A stretch of 32,000 nucleotides of DNA from Zestosphaera tikiterensis (GTDB lineage Archaea > Thermoproteota > Thermoprotei_A > Sulfolobales > NBVN01). Of the stretch, positions 22,844 to 31,066 are shown one piece after another. The first letter of the stretch is position 1, and each line of letters opens with the position of its first letter. The notes below the pieces were generated by a model. It saw nothing but the letters and a program-made list of their open reading frames with translations, was not told where the DNA came from and made no database searches. The position numbers and the translations under genes are program-made. Location: the NCBI GenBank assembly GCA_003056265.1, contig NBVN01000002.1, forward strand, positions 240,001 to 272,000. Direction: 5' to 3'.

Positions 22844-23802
22844 AGCTTTTAGTTAGTGGCTCATTAAATTACGACACCTACCTCTTCGTAGACAACTTCG
22901 CACCGCCAAAATCCGTGGTAAAGCAGATAAAAAACTATCTAGGAGGTTCTGGAGGTAACGCAGCGGTAAGCGCTGCTAAAATCCTTGGAAAAAATAACGT
23001 AGTTTTTCTAGGGGCTGTAGGTGATGATGAGATAGCTGAGAAACATTTAGAAGATCTTAAAGCTTCAGGTGTTGAAACCTCATACGTAGTTAAGGTTAAA
23101 AACGTTTTATCGGGGCGTTCCTTCATAGCGGTAAACCGCTTAGGCGAGACGGCTATATATAGTTATTACGGCGCTAACGAATTCCTAAATGTTGAATACG
23201 TAGCTAAAGTCCTAGAGAACATAATAGATAAGTTAGAAGGTGTTTTAATAATGAATCCTCCCTTAGAGGTTGCTACATTCATAGCTGTTAAATCGAAGTC
23301 AAGAAACGTTAAAGTTTTTTGGGATCCTGGAACTTTAGTTAGGTTTGGTATGACACAATTAATGACCGCTTTAAGCAGCACGGATTACTTCATGCCTAAT
23401 GAAAACGAGTTAATTACGCTTACGGGAGAAGGAAGCTTACATAAGTCTCTAGAAGCCTTAGCTAAGGTAAATCCGAAGATGCGGATAATAATTAAAATGG
23501 GGGCTAAAGGTTCAGCTTTATACAGCCTTGAAGGTACTTCTTTCTGCTTTACTGCCGCGAAGCCTGAATCCTTAGGCTTGAAAACCGTCTCCACGTCGGG
23601 ATGTGGAGACGTTTACGTAGGTGTTTTCACAGCATTAAAGGTGTTAGGTTCGTCTGATGTAGAGGCTGCTATCGCGGCTACCTGCGCCTCAACTATAAAG
23701 GCGTCTACGGATAATCCACATGGGGGTCCAGACTTGGAAACACTTAACAAGTATTTAGAAATATGCCGTAAGCATATAAACGTAAGAGAGTGTTGGTTTT
23801 AA
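22840..23802 (+). CDS. PfkB-family (ribokinase-like) sugar or nucleoside/ribose-phosphate kinase
   Basis: 320 aa with GGSGGNAAVSAA (PfkB signature 1 region) and STSGCGDVYVGVF (signature 2, DTxGAGD-like). ATGA overlap with the ileS stop. Confidence 0.8.
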   Translation: MKLLVSGSLNYDTYLFVDNFAPPKSVVKQIKNYLGGSGGNAAVSAAKILGKNNVVFLGAVGDDEIAEKHLEDLKASGVETSYVVKVKNVLSGRSFIAVNRLGETAIYSYYGANEFLNVEYVAKVLENIIDKLEGVLIMNPPLEVATFIAVKSKSRNVKVFWDPGTLVRFGMTQLMTALSSTDYFMPNENELITLTGEGSLHKSLEALAKVNPKMRIIIKMGAKGSALYSLEGTSFCFTAAKPESLGLKTVSTSGCGDVYVGVFTALKVLGSSDVEAAIAATCASTIKASTDNPHGGPDLETLNKYLEICRKHINVRECWF

Positions 23803-23858
23803 AGTTGTGAAAGTTTATAACGTATCTTAACCTATACTTACTTAAAGGTGCTGCTTCA

Positions 23859-24845
23859 ATGCCGTGCGAAGTGATGTATGAGAAAGCGGATGAAATAAGC
23901 TTAAGTTTAAGGAAAGGTGCGATACTTGGTTCAACTGAAGCAGCTATAAAAATACTTAAGTTAATCAGTGAGGCTTCGAGGGAATGTAAGCATGAATTTC
24001 CTTCCTTCCTAATTAAATCTATCCCACAGTTTATTTCAGCCAGACCTACCTCGCAAGTCATGTTAAACCTAACTCGTATGTTTCTGGAGAGGTTTTTAGA
24101 TAGGAGTAGGGAGAAAGGACTTGATGAAGCCTTGATTGAAACTCCAGCTATAGTTGAAAGGCTTATCAACGAAATAAATGAGGTTAGGGAGGTTGTGGCT
24201 GAAGTAGGTTCTCGAAGAATTGAAGACGGTGATGTGATTCTAACACATTCATTTAGCTCAACCATATTGCAGATGTTTAAGAAGGCGTTATCGCGAGGCA
24301 CTAAATTTGAGGTTTACGTAACGGAATCTAGACCTGTAGGTGAGGGTAAAGTAATGGCTAGTTCCGTTGGTAAGTTAGGCATTAAAACAACCTTAGTTGT
24401 GGATTCCTCCGTTAGGTATGTTATGAAAAACATCGATAAGGTTTTCGTAGGTGCTGACGCTATAGCAGCTAATGGGGCAGTCGTTAATAAGGTGGGTACC
24501 TCAGCAATAGCTTTAGCTGCTAAGGAGGCTAGAACTAGAGTTTTCGTTGTTGCTGGTTTGTATAAATTCGGTGTAGAAACGGTTTTTGGTGAATTAATTG
24601 AAAGCATAGTTTTAAACGACCCTGAATTAATACTCCCTAAGGAAGCAATGCCTCAACTCGCGGGTAAGGTCTTAATTAAGGCTCCCTTATTTGACGTTAC
24701 ACCTCCTGAATATATAGACGCAATAATAACAGAAAAAGGTTTAATAGCTCCTCAAGCTATTATGTTACTCATTAAAGAAATTTACGGTTGGCCTCCAAAA
24801 GTTAAGAGTATTGAAGCTTTATTAAATGAGGTGTTGAGAGGTTGA
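23859..24845 (+). CDS. eIF2B alpha/beta/delta-family protein, paralog 1 (aIF2B-like); the Cys conserved in sugar-phosphate isomerase members is replaced
   Basis: 328 aa with VGADAIAANGAVVNKVGTSAIALAAKEAR and LFDVTPPEYIDAIITEKG. Reads VILTHSFSS where paralog 2 has ILMTHCHST. Confidence 0.8.
   Translation: MPCEVMYEKADEISLSLRKGAILGSTEAAIKILKLISEASRECKHEFPSFLIKSIPQFISARPTSQVMLNLTRMFLERFLDRSREKGLDEALIETPAIVERLINEINEVREVVAEVGSRRIEDGDVILTHSFSSTILQMFKKALSRGTKFEVYVTESRPVGEGKVMASSVGKLGIKTTLVVDSSVRYVMKNIDKVFVGADAIAANGAVVNKVGTSAIALAAKEARTRVFVVAGLYKFGVETVFGELIESIVLNDPELILPKEAMPQLAGKVLIKAPLFDVTPPEYIDAIITEKGLIAPQAIMLLIKEIYGWPPKVKSIEALLNEVLRG
24690..24736 (+). repeat. Copy 1 of a 47-nt perfect direct repeat shared by the two eIF2B-family paralogs
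   Basis: tttgacgttacacctcctgaatatatagacgcaataataacagaaaa is identical at 24690-24736 and 25682-25728 (compared base by base). Confidence 0.95.
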
Positions 24846-25852
24846 AGTTAAGGAGGTTTGAAGTGCCTAAGGATGTGGTTGATATAAGAGAAAATATAAG
24901 AAACATGACTATAAGAGGAGCCGGTAAAATAGCTAGGTATGGAGCGCAAGCTCTACTTATAGCAGCTGAAAAGTTTAACGGCGATGACGTGAGTCAATTC
25001 ATAGAATACATGAATGAAGTAGCTGAATACATTAAGTCAGCTAGACCTACAGCCGTTTCCTTACCTAATGCCGTATCTTACGTTATGCATAGATTGCGAG
25101 GTAAGAACTTCACTTCCTTAGAGGAGGCTAGAGAGCATGTGATTAAGACAGCTAGGGAATTTATAAACTATTCTGAAGAAGCCGTTAAGAAAATCGGCGA
25201 GCTTGGTGCTAGGAGAATAGAACATGGAGACATATTAATGACTCACTGCCATAGTACCGCAGCAGTTTCCGTTATCGTTACAGCACATAAGCAAGGTAAG
25301 GTAGATAAAGTATATGTTAAGGAGACAAGACCAGCCCTTCAAGGGTTGATAACAGCTAAAGCGCTTTCAGACGCGGGTGTAGACGTAGTTTTAATTCCTG
25401 ACTCGTCTGTCAGACATTACATGAAGAAAGTAGATAAAGTTGTTGTCGGTGCCGATACTGTAGTGGCTAACGGTGCGGTCGTTAATAAGATAGGTACTTC
25501 CCTAGTTGCTTTAGCAGCTAAGGAGGCTAGGGTAAGGCTTTACGTAGCTAGCGAAACGTATAAATTCAGCCCCTATACAGTAGTTGGGGAGTTAGTACCT
25601 ATAGAGGTTAGAGATCCTAGGGAAATAGTTGACGAGGAATGGCTTAAGGAAAATCCAAACGTCAGAGTGTTTAACCCTGTGTTTGACGTTACACCTCCTG
25701 AATATATAGACGCAATAATAACAGAAAAGGGCGTCATACCCCCTCAAGCAGCGATATTAATCCTTACTGAAGAATATGGGTTCGAATTTAAGGAGTTAAT
25801 AAAGCATGAGATGCTTCATCAGGAAGTCAAAGAAGAGGAGTTTTCGGAGTGA
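24842..25852 (+). CDS. eIF2B-family protein, paralog 2; candidate ribose-1,5-bisphosphate (or methylthioribose-1-phosphate) isomerase
   Basis: 336 aa with IRGAGKIARYGAQAL, ILMTHCHSTAA (Cys136, nt 25247-25249), VGADTVVANGAVVNKIGTSLVALAAKEAR and VFDVTPPEYIDAIITEKG. TTG start overlapping the stop of paralog 1 (TTGA). Confidence 0.75.
   Translation: MKLRRFEVPKDVVDIRENIRNMTIRGAGKIARYGAQALLIAAEKFNGDDVSQFIEYMNEVAEYIKSARPTAVSLPNAVSYVMHRLRGKNFTSLEEAREHVIKTAREFINYSEEAVKKIGELGARRIEHGDILMTHCHSTAAVSVIVTAHKQGKVDKVYVKETRPALQGLITAKALSDAGVDVVLIPDSSVRHYMKKVDKVVVGADTVVANGAVVNKIGTSLVALAAKEARVRLYVASETYKFSPYTVVGELVPIEVRDPREIVDEEWLKENPNVRVFNPVFDVTPPEYIDAIITEKGVIPPQAAILILTEEYGFEFKELIKHEMLHQEVKEEEFSE
25682..25728 (+). 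repeat. Copy 2 of the 47-nt perfect direct repeat
   Basis: Same 47-mer as 24690-24736. Encodes FDVTPPEYIDAIITEK in both genes. Confidence 0.95.
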
Positions 25853-25897
25853 GGGTTCTTCCGTTTCCCTTCAGGCGAGGTTAGGAGAACTAAGACT

Positions 25898-26908
25898 TTA
25901 AGGTAGTATTACGCTTTTAATGTTAAGCTTAGTTTTAATGTATTCAGCGAAAAGGGATCCTGAAGAACTACGTACGTTATTAACTACCAGCATTTGAGGT
26001 TTTGAAGAGCTTACATACTCTACCAACCCACGGAAGTCTGCGTGGTCACTAAACGCAACTAGATATCTGTTATTTCCTAAATCTCTATAGGGTTTAGTGA
26101 ATTCCCAACCACTTAGCATTACATGACTTACGTTACTGTTAGCATTTAATCTACTATATGAAGACGCGTGTGTAAAGTAAACATACCAATTACTTTTGAT
26201 TATCTCTTGAGCTTCAGAAGAATTAACGTGGAAGAACTCTCCAAACTTCATGCCGTGGTTTTCCGCTATCTTAGCTAGTAAAAACTGTTTATGGCTTAAG
26301 ATGAAAGGTGCGTCAATACCGTAAATCCTAAGTAACTGCATTACTTCTTGGATCTTACCGTAGTAACCGTATATATGCACGCTACCCCTAGCTAATAACT
26401 CACTAACTAAATCGCTCAACAACATTTCAATGAAGTCGTCAAACTCCCTAACATATGCTGGGTTGCCGTATACAGCATCTATAATCAAGATATCACTTTC
26501 CCAAACCTTAGTTCCTTTACCAACCTTCTTAAAATCTCCTGGATACACTATTCTTAAGCCGTTCTCAAGGTTTTCAAGTATGACTTGCGCCGATCCTGGA
26601 ATATGCTCGGCTTTATCCAACAGTAGCGAATATCCTTCGAGCTCAACTTTCTCACCATAACGTAAGCTAATTAGGGAGTTTTCAGGTATTTTATAGCCGT
26701 AAGCTTTAAGCCATTCAGCAGTTAACGGGGTTGAAACTATCTTTTGTTTATTGTTTAAGGTGTTTTCCAAACCTCTGATATGATCTGAATGTATGTGTGT
26801 AACAACTCTAGGTAGGAAGTCTTCATGACCATCAATAACTACATCCGCATCTATCAAGATACCTCCATGATCGTTAATCTTTATCGAAGGCTTCAAATCG
26901 CGTCCCAA
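25898..26908 (-). CDS. Short beta-CASP family metallo-beta-lactamase-fold nuclease
   Basis: 336 aa with HIHSDHIRG (HxHxDH), AEHIPGSAQV, VYPGDFK, and a C-terminal FSDHAD (beta-CASP motif C style). TTG start. Confidence 0.6.
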   Translation of the reverse strand: MGRDLKPSIKINDHGGILIDADVVIDGHEDFLPRVVTHIHSDHIRGLENTLNNKQKIVSTPLTAEWLKAYGYKIPENSLISLRYGEKVELEGYSLLLDKAEHIPGSAQVILENLENGLRIVYPGDFKKVGKGTKVWESDILIIDAVYGNPAYVREFDDFIEMLLSDLVSELLARGSVHIYGYYGKIQEVMQLLRIYGIDAPFILSHKQFLLAKIAENHGMKFGEFFHVNSSEAQEIIKSNWYVYFTHASSYSRLNANSNVSHVMLSGWEFTKPYRDLGNNRYLVAFSDHADFRGLVEYVSSSKPQMLVVNNVRSSSGSLFAEYIKTKLNIKSVILP

Positions 26909-26988
26909 CCAAATATTCTAAGCTCCTAAAGTTAAAAACCTGTTAAGTAGGTTACTAAACGCCTTAAAAACACATGCGTTTAAGCAAA

Positions 26989-28272
26989 TTATGAACTGTT
27001 AAGCTTAACACCGTAGTGTTTTAACATAACGTCAGTTAATTCCCTTAAGTCGGGGTTTATGAGGGGTGCATCGCCCACTACCTCCTTAACTACGTCAGGG
27101 TCTTTAAGCCCGTGGCCCGTCACTAAAACCACCACTTCATCACTTTTATCGATTATCCCATCATCTATGGCTTTTAGGAGTCCAGCTAGGGAAGCCGCTC
27201 CCGAAGGCTCCGCAAATATACCTTCATACCTAGCCAGGAGCTTCATAGCCTCGATAATTAACGAGTCTGGAACTTCATCAGCGTGCCCTCTAGTACTTTT
27301 TAACGCTTGAAGACCAGCGTCGCCATCCCACGGATACGGATCCTCCAAACCCCAGGCTATGGTGTGTGGTTTATCCCACGGCCTTATGTTGAATGGATCT
27401 TGCCCTTCTTTAAAAGCTCTAACGAACGGAGGGTTACCAGTGGATTGAACTGCGAAAAGACGTGGCTTCTCATTAATTAAACCTAAACTGTAATAGTCCT
27501 CAAAACCTTTCCACACACCAGTTAATAGAGAAGCAGCACCGACAGGCACGAAAACCCACTCCGGAACATTCCAACCTAGTTGCTCTATTACCTCATAAGA
27601 GATAGTTTTAGAGCCTTCTATCTGATATGGGTTGAATGGGCCGAAGCTCGGCGACGGGAAGAACCCAAACCTTTCGTATGTTAATCTCATCATCTTTACT
27701 GTCGGGTCTTCCTTACCAAGACCTCTGACTTTAACAACTTTAGCTCCATAAAATAACAACTGCGCTATCTTGCCATATCCAGCCTGCTCAATCACGAAAG
27801 CATATACCTCCATACCAGCTCTCGCAGCGTAAGCAGCTAGAGCGGCGGCCGCGTTTCCCGACGAAGCCGTGACGAGTTTATTGAAGCCAAATTCCTTAGC
27901 TACACTAACTGAAACCGACATCCCCCTATCTTTATAAGACGCTGTGGGATTTCTAGTTTCGTCTTTTAGCCAAAGATTCTTAAGACCTAGCTTCTCAGAA
28001 AGCCTAACCGCCTTAACTAATGGTGTGGCTCCTTCATTTAACGTAACGATATTGAATTCATGCCTCGGCGGCAAGAGATCAAAGTACTTCCACTGGCTTA
28101 ACAGTGGCTTAGATGAGACGTATTCCCTATTATAAAACTCCTTTAACGCTTCTAAATCGTAGTAAATGTCTAACCTCCCTAAATCTCCGTTAAGACAAAG
28201 CAGAGGTTTTTCATCGTAAGTATAGGTTCTACTACATCGAGAACATTTTAAATAGGTAATGTATTTAGACAT
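26989..28272 (-). CDS. thrC: Threonine synthase-like fold-type II PLP-dependent enzyme
   Basis: 427 aa. N-terminal Cys-containing segment YLKCSRCSRTY, the PLP-lysine motif NPTASYKDRG, SSGNAAAALAAYAARAG, and a glycine-rich VLVTGHGLKD region near the C-terminus. Confidence 0.65.
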   Translation of the reverse strand: MSKYITYLKCSRCSRTYTYDEKPLLCLNGDLGRLDIYYDLEALKEFYNREYVSSKPLLSQWKYFDLLPPRHEFNIVTLNEGATPLVKAVRLSEKLGLKNLWLKDETRNPTASYKDRGMSVSVSVAKEFGFNKLVTASSGNAAAALAAYAARAGMEVYAFVIEQAGYGKIAQLLFYGAKVVKVRGLGKEDPTVKMMRLTYERFGFFPSPSFGPFNPYQIEGSKTISYEVIEQLGWNVPEWVFVPVGAASLLTGVWKGFEDYYSLGLINEKPRLFAVQSTGNPPFVRAFKEGQDPFNIRPWDKPHTIAWGLEDPYPWDGDAGLQALKSTRGHADEVPDSLIIEAMKLLARYEGIFAEPSGAASLAGLLKAIDDGIIDKSDEVVVLVTGHGLKDPDVVKEVVGDAPLINPDLRELTDVMLKHYGVKLNSS

Positions 28273-28298
28273 TTAAAACGCCTCTTAAACAACTTTAA

Positions 28299-29525
28299 CT
28301 ATCGCCAGTATTCCTCGGGGAAGTAGATGGCTCTAGTAGGGCATACTGTAGTACATACACCGCAACCATAACACTTAAGGGTGTCTACCACGGCTACTCT
28401 TCTATTGTCTTTAGCCATGACATGTACGGCGTCATACGCACACGATTGCTCACAGAGTCCGCATGCTATACACCTATCTTCAACAACCACCGGCGTCTTA
28501 ACTTCATACCAGCCAGCTAGGTCTGAATGAAGGTACTTCAACGCCTTACCTTTAATGTCCTCGACGCTTGAATAGCCGTGTTCTTTAAGCCACTTACTAA
28601 CTCCCTCGGCGAGGCGTTTAAATACGTTAGGACCTTCCACAATAGCCTGCGTACATACCTGAACCGCCGTAGCTCCAGCCATGATATACTCTATAACATC
28701 TTCAGGTTGTGAGATCCCACCAACCCCTATAACAGGTATTTTAGTTGTTTTAGCTATTTCCGCAACTATAGCAACGCCTAAAGGCTTTATGGCAGGCCCG
28801 GAAAGCCATCCATGCCCGTTCGGTCCGCCCATAATGGGTTTACCGGATTCTATATCTATATGGAGTGTTGGGCCGATGGTGTTTATAGCTACTATGCCGT
28901 CAACACCAACCTTCTCTAACTCTTTCACCATTTCCTTAAGGCCTGTTATGTGAGGACTTAACTTAGGGAATACTGGAACGTCAACCACCTCTTTGAGAGC
29001 TTTAGCAGAGTCTATCACAGGTTTGTAATCTGTACCTACGTAATGTGTGGAGAACTCTATCGCTTGAGCGCCTGCTTCAACGGCTTTAGGTCCTAACTCC
29101 CTTAGTTCATGAGCTTTATACCCTAAGCTAGCTATTAACGGGATTCCATACCTGTCCGCGACGCTTCTTGCGTAAGGTAATTCATACTTAAACCAACGTT
29201 CCGGCGGTAGATCAGACCATAACTCAGCATTTAAGAAGCCGTAGTAAGCACCCCTTACAAACGCTATCTTGGTTACGAGCTTACCACCCTCATATCTAGG
29301 GGATATCAACCCTATATGCCCTCTATTTACGACACCCATGTGCGGTCTCGGTACTTTAGCCGCTACCGTGCTTATAGTCTTAGCTACTAAACCACCAACG
29401 CCGCCTTCCGCCAGAAGCTCCATGGCCTTACCATCTCTTGAGATTGGACATGCGGCGTTTAGAATTGGGTTCCTAAATCTTAACCCAGCTATTTCAACGG
29501 ATAGATTTACAGCCATACAAACCAC
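28299..29525 (-). CDS. Dihydropyrimidine dehydrogenase PreA-like protein: DHODH/DPD TIM-barrel flavoprotein fused to a C-terminal 2x[4Fe-4S] ferredoxin domain
   Basis: 408 aa with EIAGLRFRNPILNAA, KLSPHIT, GVDGIVAINT, LSGPAIKPL and VIGVGGI. The C-terminus carries CIACGLCEQSC and CYGCGVCTTVCP ferredoxin motifs. Confidence 0.75.
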   Translation of the reverse strand: MVCMAVNLSVEIAGLRFRNPILNAACPISRDGKAMELLAEGGVGGLVAKTISTVAAKVPRPHMGVVNRGHIGLISPRYEGGKLVTKIAFVRGAYYGFLNAELWSDLPPERWFKYELPYARSVADRYGIPLIASLGYKAHELRELGPKAVEAGAQAIEFSTHYVGTDYKPVIDSAKALKEVVDVPVFPKLSPHITGLKEMVKELEKVGVDGIVAINTIGPTLHIDIESGKPIMGGPNGHGWLSGPAIKPLGVAIVAEIAKTTKIPVIGVGGISQPEDVIEYIMAGATAVQVCTQAIVEGPNVFKRLAEGVSKWLKEHGYSSVEDIKGKALKYLHSDLAGWYEVKTPVVVEDRCIACGLCEQSCAYDAVHVMAKDNRRVAVVDTLKCYGCGVCTTVCPTRAIYFPEEYWR

Positions 29526-29535
29526 CTACAAAATA

Positions 29536-30924
29536 CTACGGTTTTAACCACTCAACTTTATATTTGCTCTCCATTGAAAGCATCCTGTCCCACAACCTCT
29601 CAATCACCTTATGCGCGTAATCTAAAACCTTCTCTAAATCAACTGTGAGAACCTTCCTTTCCTTAGTTACCCACCTACCCTTAACTAAAACACCCCACAC
29701 GTCTTTCCCATTGAAGCTATTCACTAAGTGACCGTATATCGTATGTTCATTTAACGGCGTATGAACGATCTCCGGAACTATAATCGTTAGGTCCGCCTCC
29801 TTACCAACCTCTATAGAACCCACCCTAGAATATACGTTTAAAGCTTTAGCGGCGTCTACAGTAGCCATCTCAACCACTTTTAAAGGGGTTAACACCCTAG
29901 GGTCTTTATTAACTACCTTGTGAACTAAGTACGTTGCCCTCATATTCTCGAAGACGTCCATCACGTACCCGTCGTTACCTATACCTACTGTAATACCTAA
30001 ATCAAGAAACTTACCCACAGGAGGAACTCCAACCCCGTTAATCATGTTGCTCATTGCGTTATGAGCTATTTTAACGTCGTAATGTTTAAGAATCTTCATT
30101 TCATCTTCGGTTATTTGAACTCCGTGAATTGCTAAAAACCTCGGTGAGAGGAACCCTATATCTCTCAATCGTTCAAACGGCCTTTTACCGTATCTCTCGA
30201 TGTTATGGTAGACGTCTATTAAGCCTTCCTCTACATGCATCGCGTATATAGTATTGTATTTATCGGCTAACTCCTTACTTTTGATAAGTACGTCGTCAGT
30301 TACGGTAAACGAAGCGTGCAGTGTGAAAATCCCTTTAACGTTGGTTTTAGCGTCGTTTAAAGTTTTTCTAACGAATCTCTCATTTTCTTGAATACCTATA
30401 TAACCTTCTTCAATACTTCTTCGCTGCGTCACTGAAAAACCAGCTAACCCTCTAATACCTACTTCATTAACGGCTTTCTCAATATAATCTAGGGAACCTA
30501 AAGTTACGTTAGGAGCGTCGAGCAAATCTTTAAAGAACGTCGTTCCCGTCCTAGCGAATAGGATAGAACCTAGTAAAGCACTTACGTATATGTCTTCGTA
30601 AGTTAAAGACTCGTCTAAAGCCCACCAAATCCTTTGAAGGTTCTGCTGAAAATCCGATGGAGGTTCTATAAAGGCAAACCAAGGTGAACCTGTTAGAAGC
30701 AATCCGTAGAAATGCGTATGAGCACAAACAAACCCAGGAACCACTACACTCCTCCTTAACTCTAAGTACTCCTCAGCACTATATTTACTCCTACCATCGC
30801 CAAACCCTACATCCACTATCACGCCGTCCCTTACAGCTACGTAGCCGCGGGGTATAACATCCCTTTTAGAATTCATAGTCACAATCAAAGAATTGTTAAT
30901 CAGTAAATCAACCTTCTCAAACAT
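29536..30924 (-). CDS. ssnA: SsnA-family amidohydrolase (chlorohydrolase/aminohydrolase superfamily)
   Basis: VVPGFVCAHTHFYGLL...DFQQNLQRIWWALDESLTYEDIYVSALLGSILFARTGTT lines up closely with my recollection of E. coli SsnA (MPGIVCSHNHFYSGL...DFISTLKNLWWRLDRALDEESLYYSGLICSLEAIKSGCT). Also HASFTV, MHVEE, AHNAMSNM, GNDG and GKEADL. Preferred start is ATG 30924 (MFEKVDLLINN); the track start is GTG 30933. Confidence 0.75.
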   Translation of the reverse strand: MFEKVDLLINNSLIVTMNSKRDVIPRGYVAVRDGVIVDVGFGDGRSKYSAEEYLELRRSVVVPGFVCAHTHFYGLLLTGSPWFAFIEPPSDFQQNLQRIWWALDESLTYEDIYVSALLGSILFARTGTTFFKDLLDAPNVTLGSLDYIEKAVNEVGIRGLAGFSVTQRRSIEEGYIGIQENERFVRKTLNDAKTNVKGIFTLHASFTVTDDVLIKSKELADKYNTIYAMHVEEGLIDVYHNIERYGKRPFERLRDIGFLSPRFLAIHGVQITEDEMKILKHYDVKIAHNAMSNMINGVGVPPVGKFLDLGITVGIGNDGYVMDVFENMRATYLVHKVVNKDPRVLTPLKVVEMATVDAAKALNVYSRVGSIEVGKEADLTIIVPEIVHTPLNEHTIYGHLVNSFNGKDVWGVLVKGRWVTKERKVLTVDLEKVLDYAHKVIERLWDRMLSMESKYKVEWLKP

Positions 30925-31066
30925 TAAACACACCTTAGAATTTAAGTCAGCATTAATTTTAAGTATGTGTTAATATGTTTTAGGTAAAAAGCTTTTGTAA
31001 AATTTATGGGTTTAACACCTGATGTTAATTTAAGCTAAAAAACTGCGTTTTTAAGTTTACTAAAGG

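Noticed and set aside
23744-24301. 185-aa minus-strand ORF
   Set aside because: It is antisense to eIF2B-family paralog 1 and the pfkB 3' end, both of which have strong family motifs. It is Ser/Leu/Ile-rich with no motif.
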